A stretch of DNA of 64,000 nucleotides from Malacoraja senta (Eukaryota): NCBI GenBank assembly GCA_038087875.1, contig CM075998.1, forward strand, positions 186,001 through 250,000. The letters are read 5' to 3'. The notes beneath the pieces were generated by a model. The model made no database searches. It was not told where the DNA came from and was given only the letters and a program-made list of their open reading frames with translations. This document shows, one piece after another, positions 1-12,800 of this stretch (its first letter is position 1; every line of letters begins with the position of its first letter). A program made the translations under genes and the position numbers.

Positions 1-3000
1 TTTGAAGCTCCAGAACTCGCTTAAAGAATGAGTTTACAGCTCGCAGAACCTTAGTCCCAACCTTTTGTATTTATTCATCAAAGATTTAAAAGCAGAAAGT
101 ACAATTCTGAATCCATTCCAGATGCCATACAAGAAACCTAACACTTGTGGTGCCTGCAGTGGCTCGTTGTGCTCTATTTAATATCTTTGGTCTTTTCCCC
201 CCTTTTTTTTGTTTTAAGTAGAAAATGTTAATGGACAATATTTTTATTGTAGTAGATGTTGTTAACACTGTTTCAGTGAACAATGCAAAACTTTCCGAGA
301 GGTTTTGAGGGATAAATTCCTGAGGTTTCTGTAAGAGCAGCCTGCTGGGCAAACTATAGATGCTAATATTGTATGCACTACATGATGGCTTAATACCCAC
401 TAAAGCAATCTAAAAGGCTGATTTGCTGCAATGTGTCTATACTCGGGCATGATATAAAAAAAACTTATGCAAAAATCCAAGTGACAACGTGTAGAGTGAT
501 GTTTAGTCCGTGAAAACAACTTGATAACGTGAAGTGTGACTTCTTTCATTTTCAAGGCAGAGAAGTAAAAATTGACACTTTTTAACAGGGCAAGCCAATT
601 GCAGTCCATTTTTTTATGTTAACCTCTGCCAAATTTATTTACTTCAACCTAATTCCTGCCTTTGAGTTTGCCTTAACTGAACCAATTGTAAAACTGAAGT
701 CAAATGATATCTAAAATGGAGTCCTGTGACAGCGTGGCCAAAATGGGGGAGAGGTGTATCCAGTGTATAGGGAAGGAACAAAAAAGGATGAGCATTCACA
801 CTTTGTAAAATCCCACAAGTATTTTAGTTGTGACTTTAACATCTCAATTGAGATTGCTTTCTAGTTATATACAACAACCTGATTAAATGAGCCTATATGT
901 GATGCTCTGTATTCATTCAAGCTGCATAAATTACCCAGCCGCTTCATCACGTAATTAGAAATTGTGGGTATGACTGCAGGACTCAAAGCTGGAATGAAGG
1001 CTGAGCTAGCATAGGATTCCAAAAATATAGATGACTGAAGGTAGCTTTGAAAGCTTGAATTTAAAATGTGTACATCAAATATTATATTCACTTGACATGG
1101 CTTTAGTGCCACTGACTGAAATGGGTACCAGTAGGTTGGTGACTGTACCTAAAACAGGGACTTCCAGGGGAGGGGTTAATCATTTCCCCCCCCCCCCCAC
1201 CCAAGTTAAATTTAATTCAAAGCAGCTAAGAATGAGCAGATCGATGGGGACAAGTCTGCAACAGGGTGTTTTGAGTTGACTTTGCCGTTGGGGGGGGGGT
1301 GATTGCAGAAGAAAAAGTGCTGTGAACCAATAAAACTCTAGGTAGAATTTGTGTATGTTTTTTTTAGTTAAGTCTTGCCATTTGTTTTGTCCACAGATTA
1401 GGATTGAGAGAGTTGATGCACGAACTTTCTCCTTGTTTTCCAGCTGAACCATACAAATGTGGAACACTCTTTAGCTTCTGTTAGGACTTGGCAATAAGTC
1501 TGTGTGGTATTGATTCACTCCTGGGTAGATTTTACACTTGATGGATCTTCATCTAAGTCCCTCGTGCCATGGCACTTCCAGACAAATCTATTGTGCAAGT
1601 CTTGAATGTATATCGTTTTTGAACATCGTGCATATAAGATGTTACATTTGTTCCAAGAGGGTGAAAATTAGGTGGCTTAAGTTTCTTGAGGGATTTAAAT
1701 ACTTTCAGTGCTCAGACAAGGTGAGAGGAAACCCCTTTTTCTATTCTTTGTGGTTGTACCTGGGGAAGTTTGTGACTTCTGTTGAAGGATCTACCACTGT
1801 GTTATGGACTCTACTGAGATTTGAAATAACCTTTCCAGAAATCTTTCAACTTTTTTTTTAAACGTTGAAGCTTGGCTTTTGTCTGATTTTTGGGCTTTCA
1901 GTCGGCAGAGAAATATTTTATCCTACACTTTTTTTTGGGGGGGGGGGGTAAAGAAATATTGGATGGTTTAAATTAAATGTAGGTTTGTACACAAGTTTGC
2001 AGTAACTAGAATGGTTCAGCTTCTGAGCATTGCTTGACCAGTCTTCCCATCCTTTGGTCTTATTTCTACAAGTTTTTCTTTTCTCTCTTCCCTCTCTGTG
2101 GTAATTTAAGCCATGCAAAAGTAGTGCTGATGACTTTTATATTTGGAAGCTTTGCATCCTGTCAGATGGCACATGACCACTTTTGGCCCAGTACTCTGGC
2201 CTACTGTGACTGAGGGGAAAACCCTGTAAAGTAATTTTTTCTTTTGGGGGGGGGGGGAGGAAGGGTGTTGGGGAGGGCTGGGCACTTGCAGTGGAGGAAA
2301 GAAACCGCTCAGTCTGCCTTAGTTGGTCTTGTGCAGATAATTGGCACCTAGAAGTATTACTTTAATCTCATCTGTACATCCTCTGCCTAGAATTGCAGTA
2401 CTTGCTCCAGTGTTTTTGCTTTGCAGCCAAGGGCCTTTTGTATTAAATCCGTCCTTCAGGAAACTATGGCAGTATGAATTGCTGTTCATAACAAGCTTGC
2501 ATTCATTTTGACTATGGGGAATTCTGTTGTGATGAATGTGTGGCACTTTGCATTCCTGGAACTTCATCACTTGGAGAATATGCCAGAGTATCTCTGTCTG
2601 TCTTCTCGATGGTGGAGCGACAACTTGCTTTTCTGCGCTTGATTTCAGTGGGGCTGTTTAGATTTGAAGGCATTTCTGTACATTTTGGCATGCGGGTTTA
2701 GACTTGTCAGCGTGCATTAATGCTGGAAAGTGGTCGGGAGCAAAAGGCCTGATGTCTTTTACTTCACAGTGTGAGGTGCTGGGTAGGGAGGGCCCTCCTA
2801 GCCATTCTCTTGGAGCTATCTAATAGTCTTTTATACATGTGTTCAAATCATCATTTCAAAACAATAGTAGATTTAATTATTTGGTCACACGGGAGTAAAT
2901 CTCTCAAACCACACTTGAAACTTTGGCCATTCCATTAGTCTTAAAGACTATGGTGCTGGTTATGCAGTAGTTGATATAAATGGTTATCTATTGGATACTG

Positions 3001-3360
3001 TACATGGGAAGATGAATGGAATTAGAAACTGTTTCCGTGCAGTAAAAAAAGATAAAATGAGCAATCTTGTATGAAGTGTTACTTTCTTTTTGTTGCTCTG
3101 GAAAACAATTCAATGCTTTGTTTTAATTTTATAAAATATATATGTATTGTCTGTCTGTGTGTGCGCACCTTTTTAAAGTGGACCTCTTGGGTACACCAGT
3201 TATTTTGTGACTTGGAGAAGTGTTTGAAGTCCAGAATTGTCACCTGTAGCTGATTAGTTGTGTTGTATTTTGAGAAGCTGTGGCACTTGGTATTAATGAA
3301 CGAAACACTTTTTAAAAAAATATAAATTATCTGGAAATAAAACTCCATCGTATGCGTTTG
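1..3360 (+). other. Probable long 3'UTR/terminal exon of an unidentified upstream gene
   Basis: No credible ORF or recognisable transposon over 3.3 kb (unlike the rest of the window); U-rich; ends at AATAAA 3336-3341 followed by a GU/U-rich tract (~3357-3385). Gene identity not determinable. Confidence 0.55.
3336..3341 (+). terminator. Polyadenylation signal AATAAA with downstream GU-rich element
   Basis: AATAAA then TTTGGGTTTTTATTTTGTGTCTTGTC ~16-40 nt downstream; a second AATAAA at 4667-4672. Confidence 0.55.
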
Positions 3361-5124
3361 GGTTTTTATTTTGTGTCTTGTCATTTTCTTTCCACCTTGC
3401 ATCTTTCATGTGCCTCTTTGAGCAGCCCGCAATTATATTCATCTCCCATTCGGAGCTTGGATTCGGGTGACTTGTGGTAGTGTGGCCTCTTCAGCTGACC
3501 TGCGCAGAAACGGCATCAAGTATCGACATGTTGTTATAGGTTCCTACATTTCCTCTTGCCATAGTGGCATTAATCACATAACTCTTTTTGTGCAATATAC
3601 CAATTTATGCAAAATGTTTATTTAATTAAAACTTGATGCTGAGCTTTATTTGGGATTTGCAAATTAAATTGCACAATGGATGTGATAGTGTCATTTAATT
3701 TCTGCGCATACGAATGGGGAGAACAGTTGGTGAGTGGTGGTTGTATTAATAAGTTGGAGATGAAAAGGCTTGAATTTTATGACCACTGCTTCAGATGTAC
3801 TCAACTACATGCTTTGGTTTGGTGTGTTCGAGTCATACAGCATGGAAACTGGCCCTTCGGCCCATCTTGTCCGTGCCGGAAAAGATACCCCATCGAAGCT
3901 CGTCCCATTTGGTCCATGCCTTTCTGCTCCTTTCCTATCCATGTATCTGCTTCAATGCTGTTGTGCAATTTTGATGCAATATAGCCGATATCAGTGCATG
4001 CTGCGCAAAACTACAAATTCTGTGCACAAGCTGCTTTTGCTGCAGCTTGTATTTGCGATCCCTGTTTTTGGAGAAAAAAATGGAGAGAAACATGCCTCGC
4101 TTCCATTCAGGGTAACTTCACCACCACTGGTTTCTGCTGACTTAATGGTCGCCATTGAAGGAAGCTGGAACCTTTAGGTGCCATGTGCTTTTATTTGAAA
4201 TTGTGCTCCAATCCTATTGACAATGCGATCAGTGAATTATTTGAAGGTGGGACTGGCAGTAAAGTCTACCATATGCCAAACAAAGTGAATCTGCACAAAA
4301 CAATTCCCAAATGGAGGTAGGAATACACAATTCTTTTCCCACCAAAAGAATTTTTCCAAAAAACATGCCTGTGCAATTCTTTCCTCTTCCTGTCGAGATG
4401 GTTTGTTCTTTGGATGCTTTTCCTATTTTGTGGAGATGATATCACGTTCTATCTGCAAGAACTATTCGCCCCAGAGAATTTGCTTTGGTGTGTTGTTGCA
4501 AACAAAACTTGTCGTGCAACAAGCAAAGAGTCGGCTTTTACGCTGGAACTAAACTAAAGAATACAATTTAGTTCAAATCACATTTTGCAATTTTAAAATA
4601 TTATTCAAAAGATGGAAGTCAATGTTGGAGTCCAAACTCTCCTGATAATTTATGCAATGTACTTGAAATAAAGGTCTACCAAATGTAATCATTGTTTTTT
4701 TTAGCTGCTGTCAAATAGTTTTTGCAACAATGGAGACAACTGAAATGCAAAAAAAAAAAAGAAATCTGAAATAAGAACAAAATACGGAGCTTGTACTGGC
4801 ATTGAATAATGTTTTTAACTGGCTTGGTAACTGGGAACTTTCCCATGCTACAGCTGTATCTATGCAAGTTATGTGGAACAGTCTCTGCTTTTTGTGTCTA
4901 TCTGTGGTTTAAACCAGCATCTGCAATTCCTTCCTGCACGGTCCCTGCTTCAGTTTTACATCAGCCTCTTGACACTGCAGTTGATAACTGTATTGGCACT
5001 GTTTATTACAACTGCACAGTTGAAAAGTTCATCACGTTTAATGCTCTCACTAACATGGTCCACATCTGAATCTTCCCCATCTTCATCTCGGAGTAGGCAA
5101 ATTACCATAAAGTCCTACAGGAGG

Positions 5125-5313
5125 AACTCAGTGGGTGAGGTGACATCTATGGAGCGAAGGAATAGGCGACGTTTCAGGTCGAGACCCTTCAAGGGTCTTG
5201 ACCTGAAACATCGCCTGTTCCTTCACTCCATAGATGCTGCCTCACCCGCTGAGTTTCTCCAGCATTTTTGTCTACCGTCAATTTTTCCAGCATCCGCAGT
5301 TCTTTCTTAAACA
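5125..5313. mobile_element. Penelope-like terminal repeat in inverted (foldback) arrangement
   Basis: AACTCAGTGGGTGAGG...GACCCTTC followed by its reverse complement AAGGGTC...CCCGCTGAGTT; same family as the terminus attached to the GIY-YIG fragment at 55380-55830. Confidence 0.7.
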
Positions 5314-6060
5314 TAAAGTCCGACAGCTATCTTAACCATCTTTCTCCCTGCAAGAATCTCATTCCATTTACTGAGTGTCTCTGAATCTGCTTTGACGAGA
5401 CTTTCCATACCAGTGCTCTTGAGATGATTTCCTTTCCCTTAACCATGGCTTGGAGAGAACTCTTAACTGCATGGTTATATGGTTCTTATTATACTATATC
5501 ATCTCAACCAGAGAAGTGATGAGGTTACTTTTGCCTTCAATCTCACTGGCCTCTATGTTTAATGAATTGCCCTCCGTAATTTAACAAGGTTCCACCACCA
5601 GAATCATCTTTCCTTGCCTTTCAGACCTTGAAGGATGTGACTTCCTGGTTCAATTTTGCATTTCCACAACCATCCCCCATTTCACTGCACCTTTTCCCTA
5701 TACAATCTCAGGAGATGCACACACCTTTTTATCTCGCCCCTTTGCAACAGCTAGGGTCCAAAATAGTTCTCCCAGATGACACGGAGATTGACTTGCAGTT
5801 CTTCCAATTTGGTGTATATTGTTTGGCAGTTATAATGTGATTGCCTTTTACATTGGAGAAATCAAATGCAGCTTGGTTGACAATTTCGTGGATCATCCCC
5901 ATTCAGACTGTAAGAGTGACCGTGAGTTTCCAGTGTCCACTCTGACTTCTTTTATCTTCAACCTCCTACACTGTTTCAAAGTAAGCTCAAGCAACAGCAC
6001 CTTCCATCTCGACATATCGTAGCCCTCTGGATTTGATACTGAATTAAACTATTTCAAATA
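5314..6060 (+). mobile_element. Degenerate Penelope-like element ORF fragment (GIY-YIG endonuclease region)
   Basis: Frame-disrupted peptides GVYC...FYIGEIKCSLVDNFVDH resemble the Penelope YIGETKRRL.DRF.EH motif. Confidence 0.65.
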
Positions 6061-7605
6061 GTCAGCCTTTCCTATTTGTGTTAGACTGGCCAGTTGTCAT
6101 GCAAGTCCTTCCATTAACTCCACTTTTCACTTGCCACAGATGACATCCATTTCATTGAGTATTTCCAACATCCTCATTTATTCCTAATTTATAGCGGTTG
6201 TTGAATTCTGCATCTCAACTGTTCCAGTGGCTAGTTTTTCCTTTTCTGCTTTTATTCGTGTTCTTTACACTCCACAAAAATGATCTGCTCCACTGTGAAA
6301 TCTCAAGGTATGTCTACTTTGAAGAGGTTCTCCTCTCTGCCGAGAGTTCAGCACCAGCCTCTCTTGCTGCTCCCCCTCTGTGATTCCTCCTGGTCTTCCA
6401 CTCAACGACCACGCTTTAACCCAAACTCGCCTTGATCTCTATTCTCTTTGTCCTATTTTCACACCTTACACTTCCTTATCTATGTATCTCCCTCTCCCTT
6501 GACATTAGTCTGAAGAAGGATCTTGACGCAAAGCATCATCCTTCTCTCCAGAGATGCTGCCTGTCTGTCCTGTGTTACTCCAGTATTTTGTGTCTATCTT
6601 TAGCTATAAGTCGCATTCATTTCACCAGCCACCAGAAACAATTGTGTCACTTCAGTCAATTCCTCTCTCCACCCCCACTTAAAACAGGTTATTTTGTCCA
6701 TTTTTTCCAGGTCTGGAGAAAATGTTGAATCTGTTTTTCCCCTCCACACCTGAATGTTGTTAACATTTTCTGTTCTTATTTTCATAAAGAGAAATAATTA
6801 ATGTAATACTATATCCCCTGCTGTGGTGGGGGTAGACTGACTCCCTTCTCCTGTCTGAAGAAGGGTTTCAGCCCGAAACGTTGCCTATTTCCTTGGCTCC
6901 ATAGATGCTGCTGCACCCGCTGAGTTTCTCCATCATTTTTGTCTACCTTCCCTTCTCCTTTCCCCTCCTCAATTTAAATTCATGTTTCTCATGTTTTATG
7001 ACTGTGGGTAGATCGATTTAACTCCTGGGATAAAGTTCTATTGTATCATCCAGTGAAGAATGCTCGATTCAAGTGTTCAAGTGAGTTTATTATCATGTGT
7101 CCCTGACAGGACAATGAAATTCTTGCTTTGCTTCAGCACAACAGAACATAGTAGGCATTGACTACAAAACAGATCAGTGTGTCCATGTATCATTATATAC
7201 ATATATACACACATGAATAAATAAACTGATAAAGTGCAAATAAACAGATAATGGGTTATTAATAATCAGAGTTTTGTTTGAGCTGGTTCACAGCTGGTTT
7301 GTCAGCATTTGTGGATAAAGTAGAGGAGATAACAGGTAGATGTGAAAACCCAGCATTCAAGAATTACTGAAGCATTTATAACAAGTTTTTTTTGTCCATG
7401 GAATAAACATGAGTATAGTTATGGTATATTGTATCATGAATAAACCTTTGTAATAATATTCATCTGTTTTTATTGATGATGTACACATTTTACACTGAAC
7501 ATCAAACCGGTATAGGATAGTGTGTGCAAGGGTGCGAGAAGTTATGTTTATCATCTTTGACTGGTTAGGTTTGAATAAAATTGCGAATAACGAAAAGAAA
7601 CACGT

Positions 7606-7687
7606 CGTCACGAACAGGATTCGAACCTGTGCGGGGAATCCCCATTGGATTTCGAGTCCAACGCCTTAACCACTCGGCCACCGTGAC
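7606..7687 (-). tRNA. tRNA-Ser (anticodon CGA)
   Basis: Reverse complement GTCACGGTGGCCGAGTGGTTAAGGCGTTGGACTCGAAATCCAATGGGGATTCCCCGCACAGGTTCGAATCCTGTTCGTGACG: 82 nt cloverleaf, A box, B box GGTTCGAATCC, long variable arm, CGA anticodon (7652-7654), TTTT Pol III terminator at 7593-7596. Confidence 0.97.
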
Positions 7688-7739
7688 TGGTATTAAAGAA
7701 TTGCCGGTATCGAGTAATAATACAAAGCACAAAGAAACA

Positions 7740-8470
7740 TTCAATGGTGTTTATTGTCAGTGCGGCGGCGGCGAGAATCGGCCACTCCATTCACAAAAGC
7801 AGGGAGGACAACGTCGTCCCCGTCCCCGTCCCCGGAAGCAGCCGGCAACGCTTTAATGGTGGCAATGTGTTTAATGATATGAAACCAAGCGGCAATGAAA
7901 ACGCGCAGGAGTTTGAACCTTGTTGATCGGGCTGGAGGCGACGGGCCGAAGCCCCGCCGCGGGGTTAAAGGTCATTCACCGCCCTCGCGAAATACAAATC
8001 ACCACATGAAACTCGACAACACACGGTAAATCGCTAACACTGAGGGAAATATTGGTTATTTATTCTTAAATCAATCATATTTTGTATCGACGGCGGATCA
8101 GCGCGCGGCTGGACTGCTTTAATCCTCCGGGGGGAGGGGGGGAGACCCGATGAATTGATGTCCTTTTTAAACTAATATGGGTGGTTATTCGGTAGACCGG
8201 TGGGAGGAAGATATTGTTGGGTGATCGGGTTGTCTTTGCTCGGGTGATATTTGTCGGTGTGAGTGTGAGTTCTCATTGTCTAAGTCAGCCCTTCCCCCCC
8301 CCCCCGCCCCCCCGCGCCCCGCGCCCCGGGCCCCGCCCCCCCGCGCCCAGCGACCCGCGTCCCGGCTGTTGGCGGGAAACCTGGCGTCACTCTGCCGGCG
8401 CCAACCTCAACGCTTCACTCCAACGACAATGACCACTTCAACATTTAAAGGTTTGACACCAACAGACCAG
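7740..8470 (+). promoter_or_regulatory. TIMELESS: CpG island / TIMELESS promoter and first exon (donor CAG|GTGAGT at 8470/8471)
   Basis: Dense CpG, GC boxes (CCCCGCCCC ~8300-8345), strong donor at 8471, matching acceptor TTCCAG| at 9741 just before the start codon. TSS not defined. Confidence 0.75.
8369..8379 (-). promoter_or_regulatory. E2F binding site TTTCCCGCCAA
   Basis: TTGGCGGGAAA on + matches the TTTSSCGC consensus at the presumed TSS; fits a replication-fork gene. Confidence 0.7.
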
Positions 8471-8867
8471 GTGAGTTTAGAAATCGCGACATCTTGTTTC
8501 ACACACACACACACGATCAATCACAAATAGTCTGAGGAAAATATTGGTTATTATTTAAAATACATTCGTGTTCTATATGTTTAGCTTCCTTCCCTTAAAC
8601 CGGTGCCTTAGTTTTCCTGCTGAGGCCGGCTTGAATGTTTTCAAAGATGCAGACACTTTAGATGAATTATATTTTAATTAAAAGTTCTTACTGTTTCATC
8701 TCACTGTTCTATGTAATTAGTTTTATTTTGTAACATCAACACATTTTTGTTGAACTATTATGGTTAACAGTCTGAAATGGTGTTAAGATTCTTAAAAGTA
8801 ATTAAAATTGGAAGCATCAAAGGTGATTTAGAAATAAGGAACTGCTGATGGTGATTCCTTGTTTTTA

Positions 8868-9117
8868 GCTTAAGATCCAGCATGGAAAGAGGCCCTTCGG
8901 CCCACCGAGCCCATGGTCGCCCCTTCACACTAGTTCGATGTTATCCCGCTTTCTCATCCACTCCCGACACACTCGGGACAAATGACAGAAGCCAATTAAC
9001 CCACAAACCCGCACGGTCTCAGGGAGAACGTGCAAACTCCACACAGACAGCGCACGAGGTCAAGATTGTACCTGGGTCTCTGGCACCGTGAGGCAGCCAC
9101 TCTACCAGTTGCGCCAC
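8868..9117 (-). mobile_element. tRNA-derived SINE (HE1/V-SINE-like), internally deleted
   Basis: Same family as 15935-16258 and 42379-42652. Confidence 0.7.
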
Positions 9118-9785
9118 TTCATCCAACTCATCCGTATAACTTGTGAACAGCCGGGGCCCTCAGGCCCTACAGCCAGCGCAATGTCAGAGGAAGCGGGGTC
9201 TTTTGATAATTTGTATAAAACTACTTGTTCTGTCACTGTGCTCGAGTCCACACAGTGGGGGGAAGGAAGGAACTGAACCTGGCCTGGGGTTGAAGTCGGG
9301 TGTGGACACAGATTGATGGCGGCAGCATATTGTCCCCTCTTCTGTGCTAGTGATTGCTTTTGTTTTGGGATATTAAATCTCTGTTTACTCCACAGGCTGA
9401 TTACAGCTAAGAACGCCTCAAGACATTTCTGAATGCTGTCAGGACTGAACAAAGATATCTGGGGAGCAACTGTGTGTTGTCGATGCCAAGAATTCATTTC
9501 ACCACGAGTACATTATATTGTGTGTGTCCCTACCCAACCACCTTTTGGCTAACTTAAAAGTTGCATTTGCAGGAGTGTGAGAACATTCAGATTTTGTCCT
9601 TGCATTCCCTGCTCTTCCCCTGGCTTTGTTGCACAGTGCTCTTTTGTACAATGTGTTTTTGTTCTCTCTGCATTCCTTCCCCTAATTTCCCCAAGAAATT
9701 TCACCCGCTTCTCCCCCCACCCCGATTTTAAGTTGTTCCAGGTTGCACCTGCCCTCTGCTGCTCTGAAGAGTGCACAGTGTAGAT

Positions 9786-9876
9786 ATGAGCACAATGAAC
9801 TGTGAACTGTTAGCAACATGCAGTGCAGTGGGCTACTTGGAAGGAGATAACTATCACAAAGAGCCTGATTGTTTAG
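9786..9876 (+). CDS. TIMELESS: TIMELESS coding exon 1
   Basis: [30 protein letters not shown]; donor G|GTGAGT. Confidence 0.9.
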
Positions 9877-12800
9877 GTGAGTGAGAGTCAAAAGTGTTTT
9901 ATTGTCATATGTACCAAAACAGAACAATGAAATTCTTAATGGCCTGTCCCACTTACGCGACCTTTACAGGCAACTGCCGGCACCTGTCATAGGTGGCCGA
10001 AATGTTCAACATGTTGAAAATTCAGCGGCGCCCAGAAAGATGCTACGGCTCTTTGGAGACCTCTCACGACCATAGGAGACCTCTCACGACCATACAGGCG
10101 ACCCCTGGCGACATGTCGTGGGTGACCTCTCACGACCATAGGAGACCTCTCACGACCATACAGCCTGTATGGTCGTGAGAGGTCTCCTATGGTCGTGAGA
10201 GGTCTCCAAAGAGTCGTAGCATCTTTCTGGACAGGCCCTTTACCTACAGCAGCAGCACAATGTCTATAAACACAGGGCAGCACGGTGGCGCAGCGGTAGA
10301 GTTGCTGCCTTACAGCGAATACAGCGCCGGAGACCCGGGTTTGATTATTCTCTGGGAGAATAAATGTGACAATGATTCATTTTTGTTTTGCAGAAAGCAT
10401 CAAGGACCTTATCAGGTACCTGAGACATGAGGATGAGACGAGAGACATTCGGCGGCAGCTGGGAGCTACACAGATTCTGCAGAAAGATTTGTTGCCTATT
10501 ATCGCACAGTACCCTCAGGAGAAAATGCTTTATGAAGCAGTTATTAGGTTTGTACCAAATTAGAAACGGTTTTGGTCAATAGAGCATTATTTGTAAAGTG
10601 TCTATAAAGCAGGAGAGGTAGGTGTGGGGATACAACTAATTTGTATTACAGAAATTATTTAAACAAAAAGACAGATCATTATCTGAATGGTGATGAATTG
10701 GGAAGGTGGAGAACGTGGACAGGTACAAAGTGGTGGAGTAACTCAGCGGGTCAGGCAGCATCTCTGGAGTAACTCAGCGGGTCAGACATGCAGCATCTCT
10801 GGAGAATAGGGATAGGTACAAAGTGCTGGAGTAACTCAGCGGGTCAGGCAGCATCGCTGGAGTAACTCAACGGGTCAGGCAGCATCTCTGTGGAGAACAT
10901 GGACAGATACAAAGTGCTGGAGTAACTCAGCGGGTCAGGCAGCATCTCTGGAGTAACTCAACGGGTCAGGCAGCATCTCTAGAGAATAGGGATAGGTACA
11001 AAGTGCTGGAGTAACTCAGCGGGTCAGGCAGCATCTCTGGAGAACATGAATAGGTGACATTTTGGGCCGGGACTCTTCAGACCAAGTCACAAAATATTTT
11101 CAACAAGGATGTAGATGTGTTTCTTAGTGTGAAGAGATCAAGGGACATGGGGAAAGGGCAGGAACAGGGAACTGAAGTGGATAATGAGCCAAGATCATGT
11201 TGAGAGTGGAGCCGGCACAAAGAACAACATGGTCTATGTTCATATGGTGTCAGCATGTCATTGCAGTTTCAAGGTGTTAACAACAGTACTTTTGAATTTC
11301 ACTGAAAGAGTCGTTTTTGCTTTAGGTAGATAAGCAAGTAACCTGTTGTGGCCAAACACATTTTCTATTTTCTTAAATTCTCGTCTTATATTTCTAAATT
11401 AGAATTTGATAAATCAATAGGCTGCATTGTTCCTTAAAAATGAAAGAAAATGTAGAGGGATGAAGAGGGTGGGCAGAGGTGGAAGAGGGTTGAAGCTGTG
11501 GTGTGTAAGATCTCCTGGGCAAGCTAGTAATATAAACTCGCCAGGTGGGTGTTAATATCAAGGCTGAGAACTAGGAATAGACGGAGGGAGATAAGGTTGC
11601 AAATATTCCGTGTCTCTTCATCCTCCTCCATCAGTCAGAGTGGCCTTGCAGTGATGGATGGAGTGAGCTAAAGATCATCAAGATTTAAGGTTCATGCAAC
11701 TTCAAGGCGGCATTTCTATCTATACGGCCTTTAACTTGTTGGTAGCTGCTGCGTGCAGGTTCTCATGATATGTTACAATTGTAGTCATTGTTTTTCATTT
11801 GTAATGTAGTCTGATGCATGATATGTTGCTCCTGTTCATCTAGGTTGTTAGTAAATCTAACACAGCCGGCACTTCTGTGTTTTGGGAAAGTTCCTGCCAA
11901 CCCTACCGCCAGGCATCACTTTCTGCAAGTGGATTCATATCTGCAGGGATACAAAGAGGCGAGTGAATCAAGGAAGCTGATCTTCAGTCCGCAGTTGGCA
12001 TCACAACAAGTGATGAGGCAGAGGGCTAGATCACCCAGTCTAAAAGGGTGGCGGGGAGGAGAGTACAGAGGGACTGGGAGCCAGTGTGGGCGCTGGGTTG
12101 GAAGAGGATGGCGAGTTAGTATGGGCAAGTGTCTAACATTAGAAATTTAATTCCATTTAATTTTTTTTCTGGTTTAAAAAAACGTCAGGAAGTATAATTT
12201 CTGGTAAAATGAATGTCGTCCACTGGAATGATTTGTAGATTGTACTTTTAAAAAGTGCATTTTTAAGCAGAGCTAATATCGATTAGTCACTAAACAACTG
12301 TCTTTACATTTTAGGCTTTTGCAAATGAAAAGGTGTTTGGAATTCTCAGTGAAAAACTCTATGATCTTCTGCAGCTAGTAAGTGAAAATATAGATTTATT
12401 CAAAAGAGAAATGATATGATAATTCATTAACTTAAACAATTGTCTTAAACAAGAAATAATTGAAAACGGTTTTGTTTAACAGTTTGAACCTGGTGCCCTG
12501 TGATCGAGCATTGCTGTTGTGTTACTGGGACAAGGATTCTGTTTGCTTGCAAGGTGTTTTTTTTACTGTTCACTTAATGACGTTTCTGTCACAGGACTGG
12601 GAGCAGAGGCAGGAGGAGGATAACCTACTGATTGAAAGGATCTTGTTACTGCTCCGGAATATTCTACATGTGCCCTCTGACCCTGAGGAAGAGAAGGTTT
12701 GTTATGAAAAAATAGTTCGACTGTATAGCTTCAAGATTCTTTGCTTTATTTTTGATTTTTAATGTCATGTTCACTCCCATTAGTACTGTATATATTGTCA

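Noticed and set aside
1-60. Possible final codons of the upstream gene
   Set aside because: Too short to assign a frame or identity.
10275-10342. tRNA-like sequence with A and B boxes
   Set aside because: Truncated SINE head; no cloverleaf or anticodon arm.
10712-11080. Repeat-spacer-like array resembling CRISPR
   Set aside because: Eukaryotic intron; spacers are themselves repeated; the unit derives from the Penelope terminus; no cas genes.
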